DNA of 64,000 bases from contig CBDDPY010000002.1 in NCBI GenBank assembly GCA_965232515.1, positions 1,120,001 to 1,184,000 of the forward strand, read 5' to 3'. The translations under genes were made by a program, and so were the position numbers. A model generated the notes under the pieces. That model worked only from the letters and a program-made list of their open reading frames with translations. It did no database searches and was not told the DNA's origin. Below, one piece after another: positions 29,215-37,818 of this stretch. Positions within the stretch are counted from its first letter, which is position 1; each line of letters opens with the position of its first letter. Source of the DNA: Alphaproteobacteria bacterium. Its GTDB lineage: Bacteria > Pseudomonadota > Alphaproteobacteria > GCA-2731375.

Positions 29215-30159
29215 TCAGGTATAGACGCTGGTGAAGGCGCCCGCTTCCTCGCCCGTGTGATAGAAGATGCCACGCCAGAGATTGTCTTCCGTCCAGGTGA
29301 TCGGCGGCATGTCCGGCTGCGCCAGATAGCCGAGCCCGGCGAAGGTCTCGTTGCGGTTGCCCGAGGGATCGAAGAAGTAGATCGTCGAACCGCGGGTGAT
29401 GCCGTGCCGCTGCGGCGTGACGTCGATCTTGACGCGGTTCTTGGCCATCACGTCGGCTGCCTTCAGCACGTCGGCCCAGTCGTCCAGGAAAAAGGCGCAG
29501 TGATGCAGGCCCATGCGCGGCCCGCCGACCAGCGCGATGTCGTGCGGCGTAGTCGTGCGGAACAGCCAGGTCGCGGCCTGTATGTTGCCCTCCGGCCCGA
29601 CCATGACCTGCTCGGCGAGATGGAAGTCGAGCGCCTGGCGCAGAAAGTCGGTCGATTCCGCAACCTTGTTCACGCCCTTCTCGGGATCGAGTTCGCACAT
29701 CAACAGCGCGTGGTCGAGCCAGTGCACGCCGGCGCCGCGGATGTCGTCTGGCCACGGGTCCGGGTTGGTCGTGCCGACCGCCTTGCCGACGACGGCCTTC
29801 TCGGCATAGAGGAACATCTCGTGGCCGCTCGGCATGTTGAAGCGCAAGGCCCGGCCGCAGTCGCGCAGCACGCCCGCCGGCACTTCCTCGACACCGATGC
29901 CGTAGTCGGCGATGCGCTTCTTCAGCGCATCGAGATCGGCATCGTTCTCGACCTTGTAGGCAATGTGGTTCATGCCCGCCTGGTCGGCCCTGGACAGCAT
30001 GACCGAGTACTTGTCCCACTCGTCCCAGCCCTTCAGGTAGACGTTGCCGTCGCTGTCCTCGTCCGTCCGGACCAGGCCCAGAACCTTTTCGTAGTGCTGC
30101 AACGCCGCGTCCATATCGAGGACGCGCAGGTTGATATGTCCAATTCGCATGACGCCCAT
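29215..30159 (-). CDS. dmpB: Catechol 2,3-dioxygenase (extradiol)
   Basis: [44 protein letters not shown]. Confidence 0.95.
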   Translation of the reverse strand: MGVMRIGHINLRVLDMDAALQHYEKVLGLVRTDEDSDGNVYLKGWDEWDKYSVMLSRADQAGMNHIAYKVENDADLDALKKRIADYGIGVEEVPAGVLRDCGRALRFNMPSGHEMFLYAEKAVVGKAVGTTNPDPWPDDIRGAGVHWLDHALLMCELDPEKGVNKVAESTDFLRQALDFHLAEQVMVGPEGNIQAATWLFRTTTPHDIALVGGPRMGLHHCAFFLDDWADVLKAADVMAKNRVKIDVTPQRHGITRGSTIYFFDPSGNRNETFAGLGYLAQPDMPPITWTEDNLWRGIFYHTGEEAGAFTSVYT

Positions 30160-30186
30160 GGTTCTTTTCCTCCTGTGCTTGTCTCG

Positions 30187-30528
30187 TTAGACGAACCCGT
30201 AGCGACGGCCCGTCACGCATCTCTGCATCTTTTCCAGCGCCTGAAGCTGGATGTCCGACAACGGCAGGGTGCGGCAGGCCAGCGCCACCCCCTCACGTTC
30301 CTCGGCCTCGCTCACATGCGCCCGGCTCATCGGCAGCGTGCGGTACTCGCCGGCCGTCACCTTGATCTTGCAGACGCCGCAACCGCCGCCGTGGCAGCCC
30401 GACGGGATGCCGGCGCGGCCCAGCGCCACCATGGCGTTCAGCACGCTCTGCCGGTCGGCACAGGCAAAGCTTTCGCCCGTGTCCAGGATCGTGATCCGAA
30501 ACCGTGCCGGCTGGTCCGATGCCGCCAT
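30187..30528 (-). CDS. dmpQ: XylT/DmpQ-type 2Fe-2S ferredoxin
   Basis: GCHGGGCGVC, MSRAHV, LACR; directly upstream of the dioxygenase. Confidence 0.88.
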   Translation of the reverse strand: MAASDQPARFRITILDTGESFACADRQSVLNAMVALGRAGIPSGCHGGGCGVCKIKVTAGEYRTLPMSRAHVSEAEEREGVALACRTLPLSDIQLQALEKMQRCVTGRRYGFV

Positions 30529-30536
30529 GCGACCCC

Positions 30537-31595
30537 TCAAATCCGCTTGAACAAAGGGCTGCGGGCCGGCGTCTCGGCGTCGGCCGCGGTCAGGAACTTT
30601 TCGGTGAAGATGTGCTTCTCGAACAGACGGCCGCGCATCAGCGATTTCACGCAGGCGTCGATCATCGGCGGCGGCCCGCAAAGATAGGCCTTGTGGCCCT
30701 CGAACCTGCCGTCGAACCGGCGCTCGGCGGCCTCGTGCACGAAGCCAGTCTCGCCTTGCCAGTCGTCGCCGTCATCCACCGCCGACAGCACCGGCACGTA
30801 GTGGAAGTTCGCATGGTCGGCGGCCAGCGCTTCGAACAGATCGCGGAAGTAGAGATCCTTCACGCCGCGCGCGCCCTGGATCAGCGTGATCTCGCGGTCG
30901 CAGTCGTTTTCCAACAGGTCCATCACCATCGATTTCGGGCTCGACAAGCCGGAGCCGCCGGCAAGAAAGATCATCGGTTCCGGGGCTGACGTGCGCACGA
31001 AGAACTGACCATAGGGACCGCTGAACGCCAGGCTGTCGCCGACCTTAAGCTGTTCGTGAATCCAGCCGGTCGCCGTACCGCCTTCGACCCGACGGATGTG
31101 CAACTCAACGCGATCGTGCTGCGACGGCGGGCTGGCGATCGAGAAGGGGCGGGGACCGTCGATGCCCGGCAGCGTGAGGTTGATGTATTGACCCGCCTGG
31201 AAGCGGATGCCGTCGCCGTCAAGGTCCAGCCACACGCCCTTGATGTCCGGCGTCAGGTCCTCGAGACGCGTAGCGGTGCCGGTGAAGTCCTTGACGGGGA
31301 TCCGCTGGCGGTCCGGTTCCTCGACTAGGTCGGCCTCGATTTCAGTATCCGACAGCAACGTGGCGCTGCAGGCCAGCGTCTTGCCGTCGTCGCGCTCGAA
31401 GTCCATCAGGGCGAACAACGACGCCGCGCCGTGATCGACCTCGCCGTCCAGCACCTCCACCTTGCAGGTCCCGCACAGGCCGTGCCCGCAGGCATGCGGC
31501 AGCCAGACGCCGGCGCGCAGGCAGGCATCGAGAATGGTCTGGCCGTCGCCGACCTCGATCTCGTCGCCCGTTGGCTCGACAATCAGCGTGGGCAT
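30537..31595 (-). CDS. dmpP: Phenol hydroxylase reductase (P5)
   Basis: ACGHGLCGTC ferredoxin domain, RPFSIAS FAD motif, AGGSGLSSP, YLCGPP. Confidence 0.93.
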   Translation of the reverse strand: MPTLIVEPTGDEIEVGDGQTILDACLRAGVWLPHACGHGLCGTCKVEVLDGEVDHGAASLFALMDFERDDGKTLACSATLLSDTEIEADLVEEPDRQRIPVKDFTGTATRLEDLTPDIKGVWLDLDGDGIRFQAGQYINLTLPGIDGPRPFSIASPPSQHDRVELHIRRVEGGTATGWIHEQLKVGDSLAFSGPYGQFFVRTSAPEPMIFLAGGSGLSSPKSMVMDLLENDCDREITLIQGARGVKDLYFRDLFEALAADHANFHYVPVLSAVDDGDDWQGETGFVHEAAERRFDGRFEGHKAYLCGPPPMIDACVKSLMRGRLFEKHIFTEKFLTAADAETPARSPLFKRI

Positions 31596-31620
31596 GGCAC
31601 GGGGCTCCGACCGGCTCGGA

Positions 31621-31983
31621 CTAGCTGCCGCAGTCCTGCGGCCCCTTCAGGCCCGGCGTCCAGAAGCGGATCAGCGACTTGTGCGCGACGCCGTTGTCGG
31701 CCAGCGACTTGTCGGGATCGGGCGTGAAGTCCGCGCCGTCCACCTGCCAGCGCACGTCAGCCCAATCGATTTTCTCCCAGTCCGGATGCATGCCGTAGAA
31801 CTGCGGCATCAACTCGCCCTGCACGGCCGCGAACGGCATGTCCGGCGGCAGCGGGAAGGCGAGGGCGGCGCAGAAGCTCAAGTGGTCCTCCCAATGGAGG
31901 TAGACCAGCATGTTGCCGTGGAAGTTCTCAAGCCGGTCGCGGACCTCGCCGGTATAGCCTTCCTGCAATGCGACGACAGCCAT
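31621..31983 (-). CDS. dmpO: Phenol hydroxylase gamma subunit (P4)
   Basis: DRLENFHG, WEDHLSFCA, HPDW..IDW, NGVAHKSLIRFWTPGL; GGAGGA RBS. Confidence 0.9.
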   Translation of the reverse strand: MAVVALQEGYTGEVRDRLENFHGNMLVYLHWEDHLSFCAALAFPLPPDMPFAAVQGELMPQFYGMHPDWEKIDWADVRWQVDGADFTPDPDKSLADNGVAHKSLIRFWTPGLKGPQDCGS

Positions 31984-31994
31984 GACGTCCTCCC

Positions 31995-33515
31995 TTATTC
32001 CGCGGCCTGCGGGTGCCTGCCGCTCTGCCACTGCTGCCAGAGCTGTTCCTCGGGCGAGCCGTGATAGTCCAGATTGTCGCTGCCGAGATTGAGGTGGTAC
32101 CACTTCAGCACGTCCTCGACCTCGGCCCCGCCGCAATTGCCCTGGAAGATCTGGTGCACCGGCAGCCAGGACTGCACGAACTTCTCGGGCTCATTATCGA
32201 AGATGTCTTTGCAGCCGTCCGAGCAGAAGTGATAGCGGTCGCCGCCATAGACGCTGTCTCGGAAGCAGATCGTCGTCGGATCGTCCGGCTCGGTGAAGCC
32301 CATGGGGATCTGACAGGTCGTGCAGAGCTGGGGAAGGGCGTTGTTGTAGAAGCGCTTGCCTTCCTTCGCCATCTCGCGCCACATCAGCAGGCGCGGCCGG
32401 TAGAGCTTGTCGAAGGTCTCGGGATACTTCTCCGACAGCCAGTCCATGTGCGCGTCGTCGATGTCCCAGGTATGGAAGCCGGCGGCATGCGTGTACTGGT
32501 AGAAGATCGCCCAGACCTCGTGGCTGATCCGGTCTTTTTCCTTGCGCGCGACGTCGGCGTATTTCGGCGGCCGGATGCCGTAGCGCGACAGGTCCTCGAA
32601 CAGCGCGCCGCCCTGCTCCTCGAAATACATCTCCCAGGCTTCCTGCCAGGACATGATCTTCTTCGGCAGCATGTAGTCCATCATCATGCCGACCAGCGAC
32701 AGCAGCCGGTAGCCGCGCCAGAACCACTTGTCGATCCAGCCCTGCACGATCGGCACGTTGGCCTCGTCCTGCTCGAGCATAAACTTGATGACCTCGAGGC
32801 CGAGCGTCATGTGCCGCGACTCGTCCGACTGCGCCGAGAAGCCGAAGGTCACCGTCGCCAGATCGCCGTTGTAAGCGGCGCCCGACATGAACGGCACGAA
32901 CAGCAGATTCGTCAGCACGTATTCGAACGAGAACGAGATCGAGGTCAGGAACTCGAACGGTCCGGCCGACACGGCATCATCGAAGAACGACTTCGGGACC
33001 GACAGGTACCAGACCCGGTCGTGCATGTGCTGCCAGTCGTGCAGGCCGTCGAAGTAACGGTTGTAGTGGCTGATGGTGTGGATCTGGGTCTGGGCGTGAC
33101 GCAGCTCGTCCAGCGACTGCATCTGCGCCGCGACGCGCGGACCGACGCCGCGCAGGTGCCGGCCGACATGGGCGAAGTGTCGATGCGCCATGTATTCCAG
33201 CGGCGACACGCCGGTCAGGAACAGCTTCACGGCGCTCAGATAGCGCGGATCGGTGAGGCCCAGATGACCGTTGTTCTGGGCGAAGGAGTCGATCACCGCG
33301 TAGAGCTTGCGCTCTTTTTCGGACTGGAACTTCCAATAGCTGTCCATGGTCAGCCGGAACGGATCTTCCCAGGCGTCCCAATCCTTGATCTTGATGCCCT
33401 CGAAGCTGTCGAACGGGAACACCTTGTCCATCGGCTGATAGGTGGTTTGCCAGTCGAGCCCGCGGGTCAGCAGCTCGTACTTCCGCTTCAGACCGAGTTT
33501 CTTCTTCCTGGCCAT
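31995..33515 (-). CDS. dmpN: Phenol hydroxylase alpha (large oxygenase, P3) subunit
   Basis: Two diiron DExRH motifs (DELRH, DESRH), WEDPFRLTMD, YHS-like FCSDGC. Confidence 0.95.
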   Translation of the reverse strand: MARKKKLGLKRKYELLTRGLDWQTTYQPMDKVFPFDSFEGIKIKDWDAWEDPFRLTMDSYWKFQSEKERKLYAVIDSFAQNNGHLGLTDPRYLSAVKLFLTGVSPLEYMAHRHFAHVGRHLRGVGPRVAAQMQSLDELRHAQTQIHTISHYNRYFDGLHDWQHMHDRVWYLSVPKSFFDDAVSAGPFEFLTSISFSFEYVLTNLLFVPFMSGAAYNGDLATVTFGFSAQSDESRHMTLGLEVIKFMLEQDEANVPIVQGWIDKWFWRGYRLLSLVGMMMDYMLPKKIMSWQEAWEMYFEEQGGALFEDLSRYGIRPPKYADVARKEKDRISHEVWAIFYQYTHAAGFHTWDIDDAHMDWLSEKYPETFDKLYRPRLLMWREMAKEGKRFYNNALPQLCTTCQIPMGFTEPDDPTTICFRDSVYGGDRYHFCSDGCKDIFDNEPEKFVQSWLPVHQIFQGNCGGAEVEDVLKWYHLNLGSDNLDYHGSPEEQLWQQWQSGRHPQAAE

Positions 33516-33526
33516 GATGGCGCTCC

Positions 33527-33796
33527 TCAGTTCCAGGCGATGACGAACTGGTCGTCGTCTTCGTCGATATTGCCGGACAGCGAGATCATGCTGAGATGGA
33601 TCTCCTGCACGTCCCATTCGCGGCCCAGACGTTCCGAGACGCTGTCCTGCTTGATGACCAGGCGGCCGGGACAGTCGATCTTGACCATCGACGGGAAGTC
33701 GGCGATTTCGGCCGTGGGGTTGTCGGCGCGGATGGCGTCGATGATCGGCCGGGCGTCGCCCGTGTTCTGCAGCGTGATCGAGACATTGCGGCTCAT
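33527..33796 (-). CDS. dmpM: Phenol hydroxylase regulatory/coupling protein (P2, MmoB/DmpM family)
   Basis: IIDAIRADNP, MVKID, LGREWD, ISLSGNIDEDDD. Confidence 0.92.
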   Translation of the reverse strand: MSRNVSITLQNTGDARPIIDAIRADNPTAEIADFPSMVKIDCPGRLVIKQDSVSERLGREWDVQEIHLSMISLSGNIDEDDDQFVIAWN

Positions 33797-33810
33797 GGCG
33801 GCTCCCCCTG

Positions 33811-34812
33811 TCACTGCACGTTCAGGCCGGCGGACGCGGCGCGGCCGTTGAGATCGTCGGCCACGGCGGCAACGGCTGCCGATCCCTCCGCGTCGAGCAC
33901 GTGGTCGGCCAGCGGCCGCGCGGCCTCGACCGCGCGCGACGACCAGCTCGCGAACCAGTCATCAAGCCGTGCCTTGTTGGCATCCGACTCGGCCGCGGCG
34001 GTCTTGACGCAGGCGTCGACCCAGCGCCGGCTGTCCTTGAACCACTCGACCATGAACTCGGACAGCATGGTGAAGGCGGCGCCGTTGTGGTTCAGGCCCT
34101 CGTCGTCGAATTTGTCGAACAGCAAGGGATGCAGGATGCCGTCCATGGCGAGGTTCTGGGCGACGAAGACCTCGAACCAGTCGTCGACCACGAAGCTGTC
34201 CTCCAGCATCTGGCGGATGCCTTGCCAGTGCGACGCGTCGAGCCAGGCCGTCTTGCCGGCCGTCAGCGAGTCCCCTGTATTGCCGTCCAGCGCCAGACCG
34301 ATGCGGCCAATGATCTGCGCCATGCCCAGACGGTCGGCCGCGTGGAACGCCGCCGCTGAGGTGATCTGCGTGCCATAGCCATAGTCGGCGATCAGGAAAT
34401 TGTTCTGGTTGGCGCCCCATTCGAAGTGACGCAACGGGACCAGATAGTCCTGCACCTTCTGCCGCCATTCCGGCGCCACGCGGGTCAGCATGTCGCGGTC
34501 CTCGACGGTGTCGAAGTTCGCGTCCAATGCCTGGTGCATGGTCGCGCGGGAGATGTTGTAGGTGGCGTAGTAGAACTGCCGCGGGTCCTTGAAGGCATAC
34601 CAGTCGGCCATCTCGATGGCTGTGCGTCGGGTATCGTGGATTTCGTACCCTGGCGCCCAGACCGGCCGGTAGTGAAAGTTCGCCCGCGCCTGCACGTCAT
34701 AGGTCGCCTCTTCATAGCGCGTCGCCGGACGGTCCTCGCCGAACCGGCGCGCCAGATAGGCGAAGGTCTGGCGGCGGGGCGCAATATCGATGGTTTGGAT
34801 CTGCAGGCTCAC
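33811..34812 (-). CDS. dmpL: Phenol hydroxylase beta subunit (P1)
   Basis: RYEEATYD, NFHYRP, DWYAFKDPRQFYY; GTG start at 34812 overlaps the dmpK stop. Confidence 0.92.
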   Translation of the reverse strand: MSLQIQTIDIAPRRQTFAYLARRFGEDRPATRYEEATYDVQARANFHYRPVWAPGYEIHDTRRTAIEMADWYAFKDPRQFYYATYNISRATMHQALDANFDTVEDRDMLTRVAPEWRQKVQDYLVPLRHFEWGANQNNFLIADYGYGTQITSAAAFHAADRLGMAQIIGRIGLALDGNTGDSLTAGKTAWLDASHWQGIRQMLEDSFVVDDWFEVFVAQNLAMDGILHPLLFDKFDDEGLNHNGAAFTMLSEFMVEWFKDSRRWVDACVKTAAAESDANKARLDDWFASWSSRAVEAARPLADHVLDAEGSAAVAAVADDLNGRAASAGLNVQ

Positions 34813-35105
34813 GGGCGTTCTCCCTGGTGCGGTTGGGGAGGGGTGGTGTGTTCGGTCGCATCGACGCGGCCGACCTGGGCCTCGCGCCACCAGAAGGTCT
34901 CGACGACATTCATCGCGGCTGGCGGTGGGGGCAGCATCACGGCGTCGTTGGCGCGGCAGAATTCACGGAACGCATCGACCGGCATGACCAGCTCGACCGT
35001 CAGATCCGCGTCGTTGACCGAGAATTCGAACTCGACGAAGCGGTCGCGGCGGGTGCCGGTCACACGGACATATTTGCGATCGATGCTTGGCGCGCTTCCG
35101 CCCAC
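34809..35105 (-). CDS. dmpK: Phenol hydroxylase assembly protein (P0)
   Basis: KYVRVTG...FVEFEFSV.D..L.VELVMP..AF.EFC..N; probable GTG start at 35105 after GGGAGGA. Confidence 0.85.
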   Translation of the reverse strand: MGGSAPSIDRKYVRVTGTRRDRFVEFEFSVNDADLTVELVMPVDAFREFCRANDAVMLPPPPAAMNVVETFWWREAQVGRVDATEHTTPPQPHQGERP

Positions 35106-35220
35106 GCTGCCCACTCCTCCCAAGCCGCGGTCCTTGGCGCGGATGACGGGGTTGTCCCCTGTCGGTTTTCGCGGCGGCAACGTTGCGCCCGCCGCATTAG
35201 GCAAACATGAAACAGTCCAT

Positions 35221-35270
35221 TTTCTCGACTGTCAACGTTTTTATCGATATTTTTAGATTTTCGAGCAATT
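35221..35270. promoter_or_regulatory. AT-rich divergent promoter/operator region between dmpK and gntR
   Basis: TATCGATA palindrome (35242-35249), TCGA cores at 35225, 35244 and 35261, and a minus-strand TTGACA at 35235-35230. Confidence 0.5.
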
Positions 35271-35382
35271 TCGTGACAACAGCGATTTTCTGACGTATAA
35301 GTCAATTCGCCTCGAGGGTGGGGAGGGGGAGATATATGATCCGCCGTTCGGTCGACGGCGGGAAAATGGGGACGACGACGTC

Positions 35383-36103
35383 CATGGCAGACGCAATCAT
35401 TCCGGCCACGTCGAACAACGGTCTGAAGACCGGCGGCAACGGCGACGCTTCCAAGACGATCATCGAAGCGGTCTACAACGAGCTGCGCGAGCGCATCGTC
35501 TCCGGCGCCATCGCGCCCGAGACCAAGCTTCGCGTCGAGCCGCTGCGTCAGGAGTTCGGCGTCAGCGCCACCACGGTGCGCGAGGCGCTGGCCAGGCTAT
35601 CCGCCGAGACCCTGGTCACCAGCGAGAGCCAGCGCGGCTTCCGGGCGGCGCCGATTTCGCTCGAGGACTTCCGGCAGATCACGCAACTCCGGGCAATCCT
35701 GGAAAAGGCCGCCGTGATCGAGGCGGCGGAGCGGGGCGACGACGAGTGGGAGGCCTCCGTCGTCGCGGCGTTTCACAAGCTGTCGAAGATCGAGCTGGCG
35801 ATGAAATCGGACCCCAAAGGCCATGCCGCCGAGTGGGAGCAGCGCAACCGGGACTTCCATCAGGCGCTGATCCAGGCCTGCGGCAATACCTGGCTGTTCC
35901 ATCTGCGCGACATCCTGCTGACGCAGACCAGCCGCTACCTCCGCATCGCGGTCGCCACCTCGGCCGACCGGCGCGATGTGCACGCCGAGCACGTGGCCAT
36001 CTACGAGGCCGCGCTGGCCCGAGACGCCGAAAAGGTCGGCGAACTGATCGAGCAGCACATCTGCCGCACGCTCGACTTCGTCACCGACGCCGCCACGGGC
36101 TGA
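35383..36103 (+). CDS. GntR (FCD) family transcriptional regulator, AphS/PhcS-like context
   Basis: LRERIVSG..P..KL, VSATTVREAL, QRGFR, FCD domain NRDFHQAL...EH. Start uncertain (35337, 35366 or 35383). Confidence 0.88.
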
Positions 36104-36135
36104 CGCGCAGAATTCGAGAATTGTCGAGAGGCGTT

Positions 36136-36169
36136 TTCGGGGACCGCCGGCACGCGACGGTCCCCCGAA
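36136..36169. terminator. Hairpin between convergent gntR and sod
   Basis: TTCGGGGACCG...CGGTCCCCCGAA inverted repeat with a one-base bulge. Confidence 0.55.
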
Positions 36170-36181
36170 CGATTAGCCGAA

Positions 36182-36781
36182 CTAGGCCTTCGCCAAGTTC
36201 TCGGCGGCGAAGTCCCAGTTCACCAGGTCATCAAGGAAGGCCTTGATGTAATCGGGCCGGCGGTTCTGGAAGTCGAGGTAGTAGGCGTGCTCCCAGACAT
36301 CCAGCGTGATCAGCGGCGTCTGGCCGTGCGCCACCGGCGTGTCGGCGTTGCCGGTCTTGGTGACCGCCAAGCCGTCGCCATCGACCACCAGCCAGGCCCA
36401 GCCGCTGCCGAATTGCGTGGTCGCGGCCTGGGTGAAGGCTTCGGCAAAGGCATCGAAGCTGCCGAATGACGCGTCGATCCTGGCCGCGAGATCGCCCGAC
36501 GGTGTACCACCGCCGCCCGGTCGCATCGAGTGCCAGTAGAAGGTGTGGTTCCAGATCTGCGCGGCGTTGTTGAAGATGCCTGCCTTCTCGGCATCGCCAG
36601 CCGTCTCTGTGATGATCTGCTCCAAGGTCTTGTCGGCCAGCGGGCCGTCCTTGGTCAGGCTGTTCAAGTTATTGACATAGGTGGCATGGTGTTTGCCGTG
36701 ATGGAACTCCAACGTACGGCTACTGATATGCGGATCAAGTCCGTCGCCGCTGTAGGGAAGATCGGGTAACGCGAAAGCCAT
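36182..36781 (-). CDS. sodB: Fe superoxide dismutase
   Basis: HHGKHH, NNAAQIWNH (Fe type), FGSGWAW, DVWEHAYY; GGAGGAG RBS before ATG 36781. Confidence 0.93.
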   Translation of the reverse strand: MAFALPDLPYSGDGLDPHISSRTLEFHHGKHHATYVNNLNSLTKDGPLADKTLEQIITETAGDAEKAGIFNNAAQIWNHTFYWHSMRPGGGGTPSGDLAARIDASFGSFDAFAEAFTQAATTQFGSGWAWLVVDGDGLAVTKTGNADTPVAHGQTPLITLDVWEHAYYLDFQNRRPDYIKAFLDDLVNWDFAAENLAKA

Positions 36782-36870
36782 GACATACTCCTCCGTCTTC
36801 GACTGTGCGGCGTTTCCTCCAGGATCGATATGGTGTCGGCCGACGGTTTCGGCACGGCCGTTGGACGAAG

Positions 36871-36897
36871 AAAAACCGGGGCCGAACGGCCCCGGTT
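36871..36897 (-). terminator. Intrinsic terminator after the PuuD-like gene
   Basis: AACCGGGGCCG-AA-CGGCCCCGGTT stem followed by a minus-strand TTTTTCTTC tail. Confidence 0.7.
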
Positions 36898-36920
36898 CAA
36901 GACGCTTCGTGAAGCGAAGA

Positions 36921-37520
36921 CTAGAACAGATTTTGCGCCGAGACCATGGAGAACAGCATCGGCACCGACAACATCGTGTTGGTGCGCGAGAACAGCATCG
37001 CGGTCCGCGCCGATTTGGCTTTTGTGTCGGCGTCGGCATCGACGATGCCCAACGCCTTCTTCTGGTTCGGCCAGATCACGAACCAGACGTTGAACCACAT
37101 GATCGCGCCTAGCCACATGCCGATGCCGATCATCGTGTGCTTGGCTACCTGATCCGTCAGGCCGATGGCGATGGCGTCGACGAGATAGCCGTTCAAATGC
37201 GCCAGGATCAGGCCGGTGATGATCGTGGCCATGGCACCCCAGCGGAACCAGAACAACGCCGCCGGCGCGATCACCTTGCCAATCGCCGGCTTCTGTTCGT
37301 CAGGGATGTTCGGCATGTTCGGGATCTGCACGAAGTTGAAGTACCAGAGCAGGCCGATCCACATCACGCCGCTCAAGACATGAAGCCAGCGGAAGAAGAA
37401 CGACCAGAACGCCAAGTCAACAGCGCCCTCGGCCATGCCGAGATAGATCAGGAACAAGATGATCGCCAGGACAACGCCCGCGATCACGGTGTTGGTTAAC
37501 GACGTCAGAATTGCAGCCAA
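36921..37520 (-). CDS. Urate-hydroxylase PuuD N-terminal-like integral membrane protein (no cytochrome c domain)
   Basis: FRWLHVLSGVMWIGLLWYFNF, LFWFRW, IMWFNVWFVIWPNQKK, SRTN motifs. Confidence 0.72.
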   Translation of the reverse strand: MAAILTSLTNTVIAGVVLAIILFLIYLGMAEGAVDLAFWSFFFRWLHVLSGVMWIGLLWYFNFVQIPNMPNIPDEQKPAIGKVIAPAALFWFRWGAMATIITGLILAHLNGYLVDAIAIGLTDQVAKHTMIGIGMWLGAIMWFNVWFVIWPNQKKALGIVDADADTKAKSARTAMLFSRTNTMLSVPMLFSMVSAQNLF

Positions 37521-37818
37521 TGGTCAATCCCTCCCGAGTGGTTTTGGACGAGCGGAGTTTTTCTGTCGCGCCCCCAAAAATTAGAGCGTGTCTAGACTAG
37601 CATAGGACAATGTGCCACCAACACAGCCGCCGGCCCCACGTACCGGACGGAGCGAACAGCGGCGTCGGCGTCAATCCGGCCATCCGCCTTGATTTTGCGC
37701 CGATCAGATGCTCGAAGGAAGGCGATTGGAGCGCCGACAGACCAGGGACTATATTGCCGGCCGCCATGCCACATCTCGCCGAATCGCCAGCCCCCAGTTA
37801 CAACTTTGCCGAGGTGGC

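Noticed and set aside
28711-33851. Long plus-strand ORFs (658 aa and 612 aa) over the dmp operon
   Set aside because: Antisense shadows typical of high-GC codon usage.
35176-35191. Minus-strand CGGGCGCAACGTTGCC with GG-N10-GC spacing upstream of dmpK
   Set aside because: The -24 half departs strongly from TGGCAC, and such spacing is expected by chance at this GC content. Not fully excluded without TSS data.
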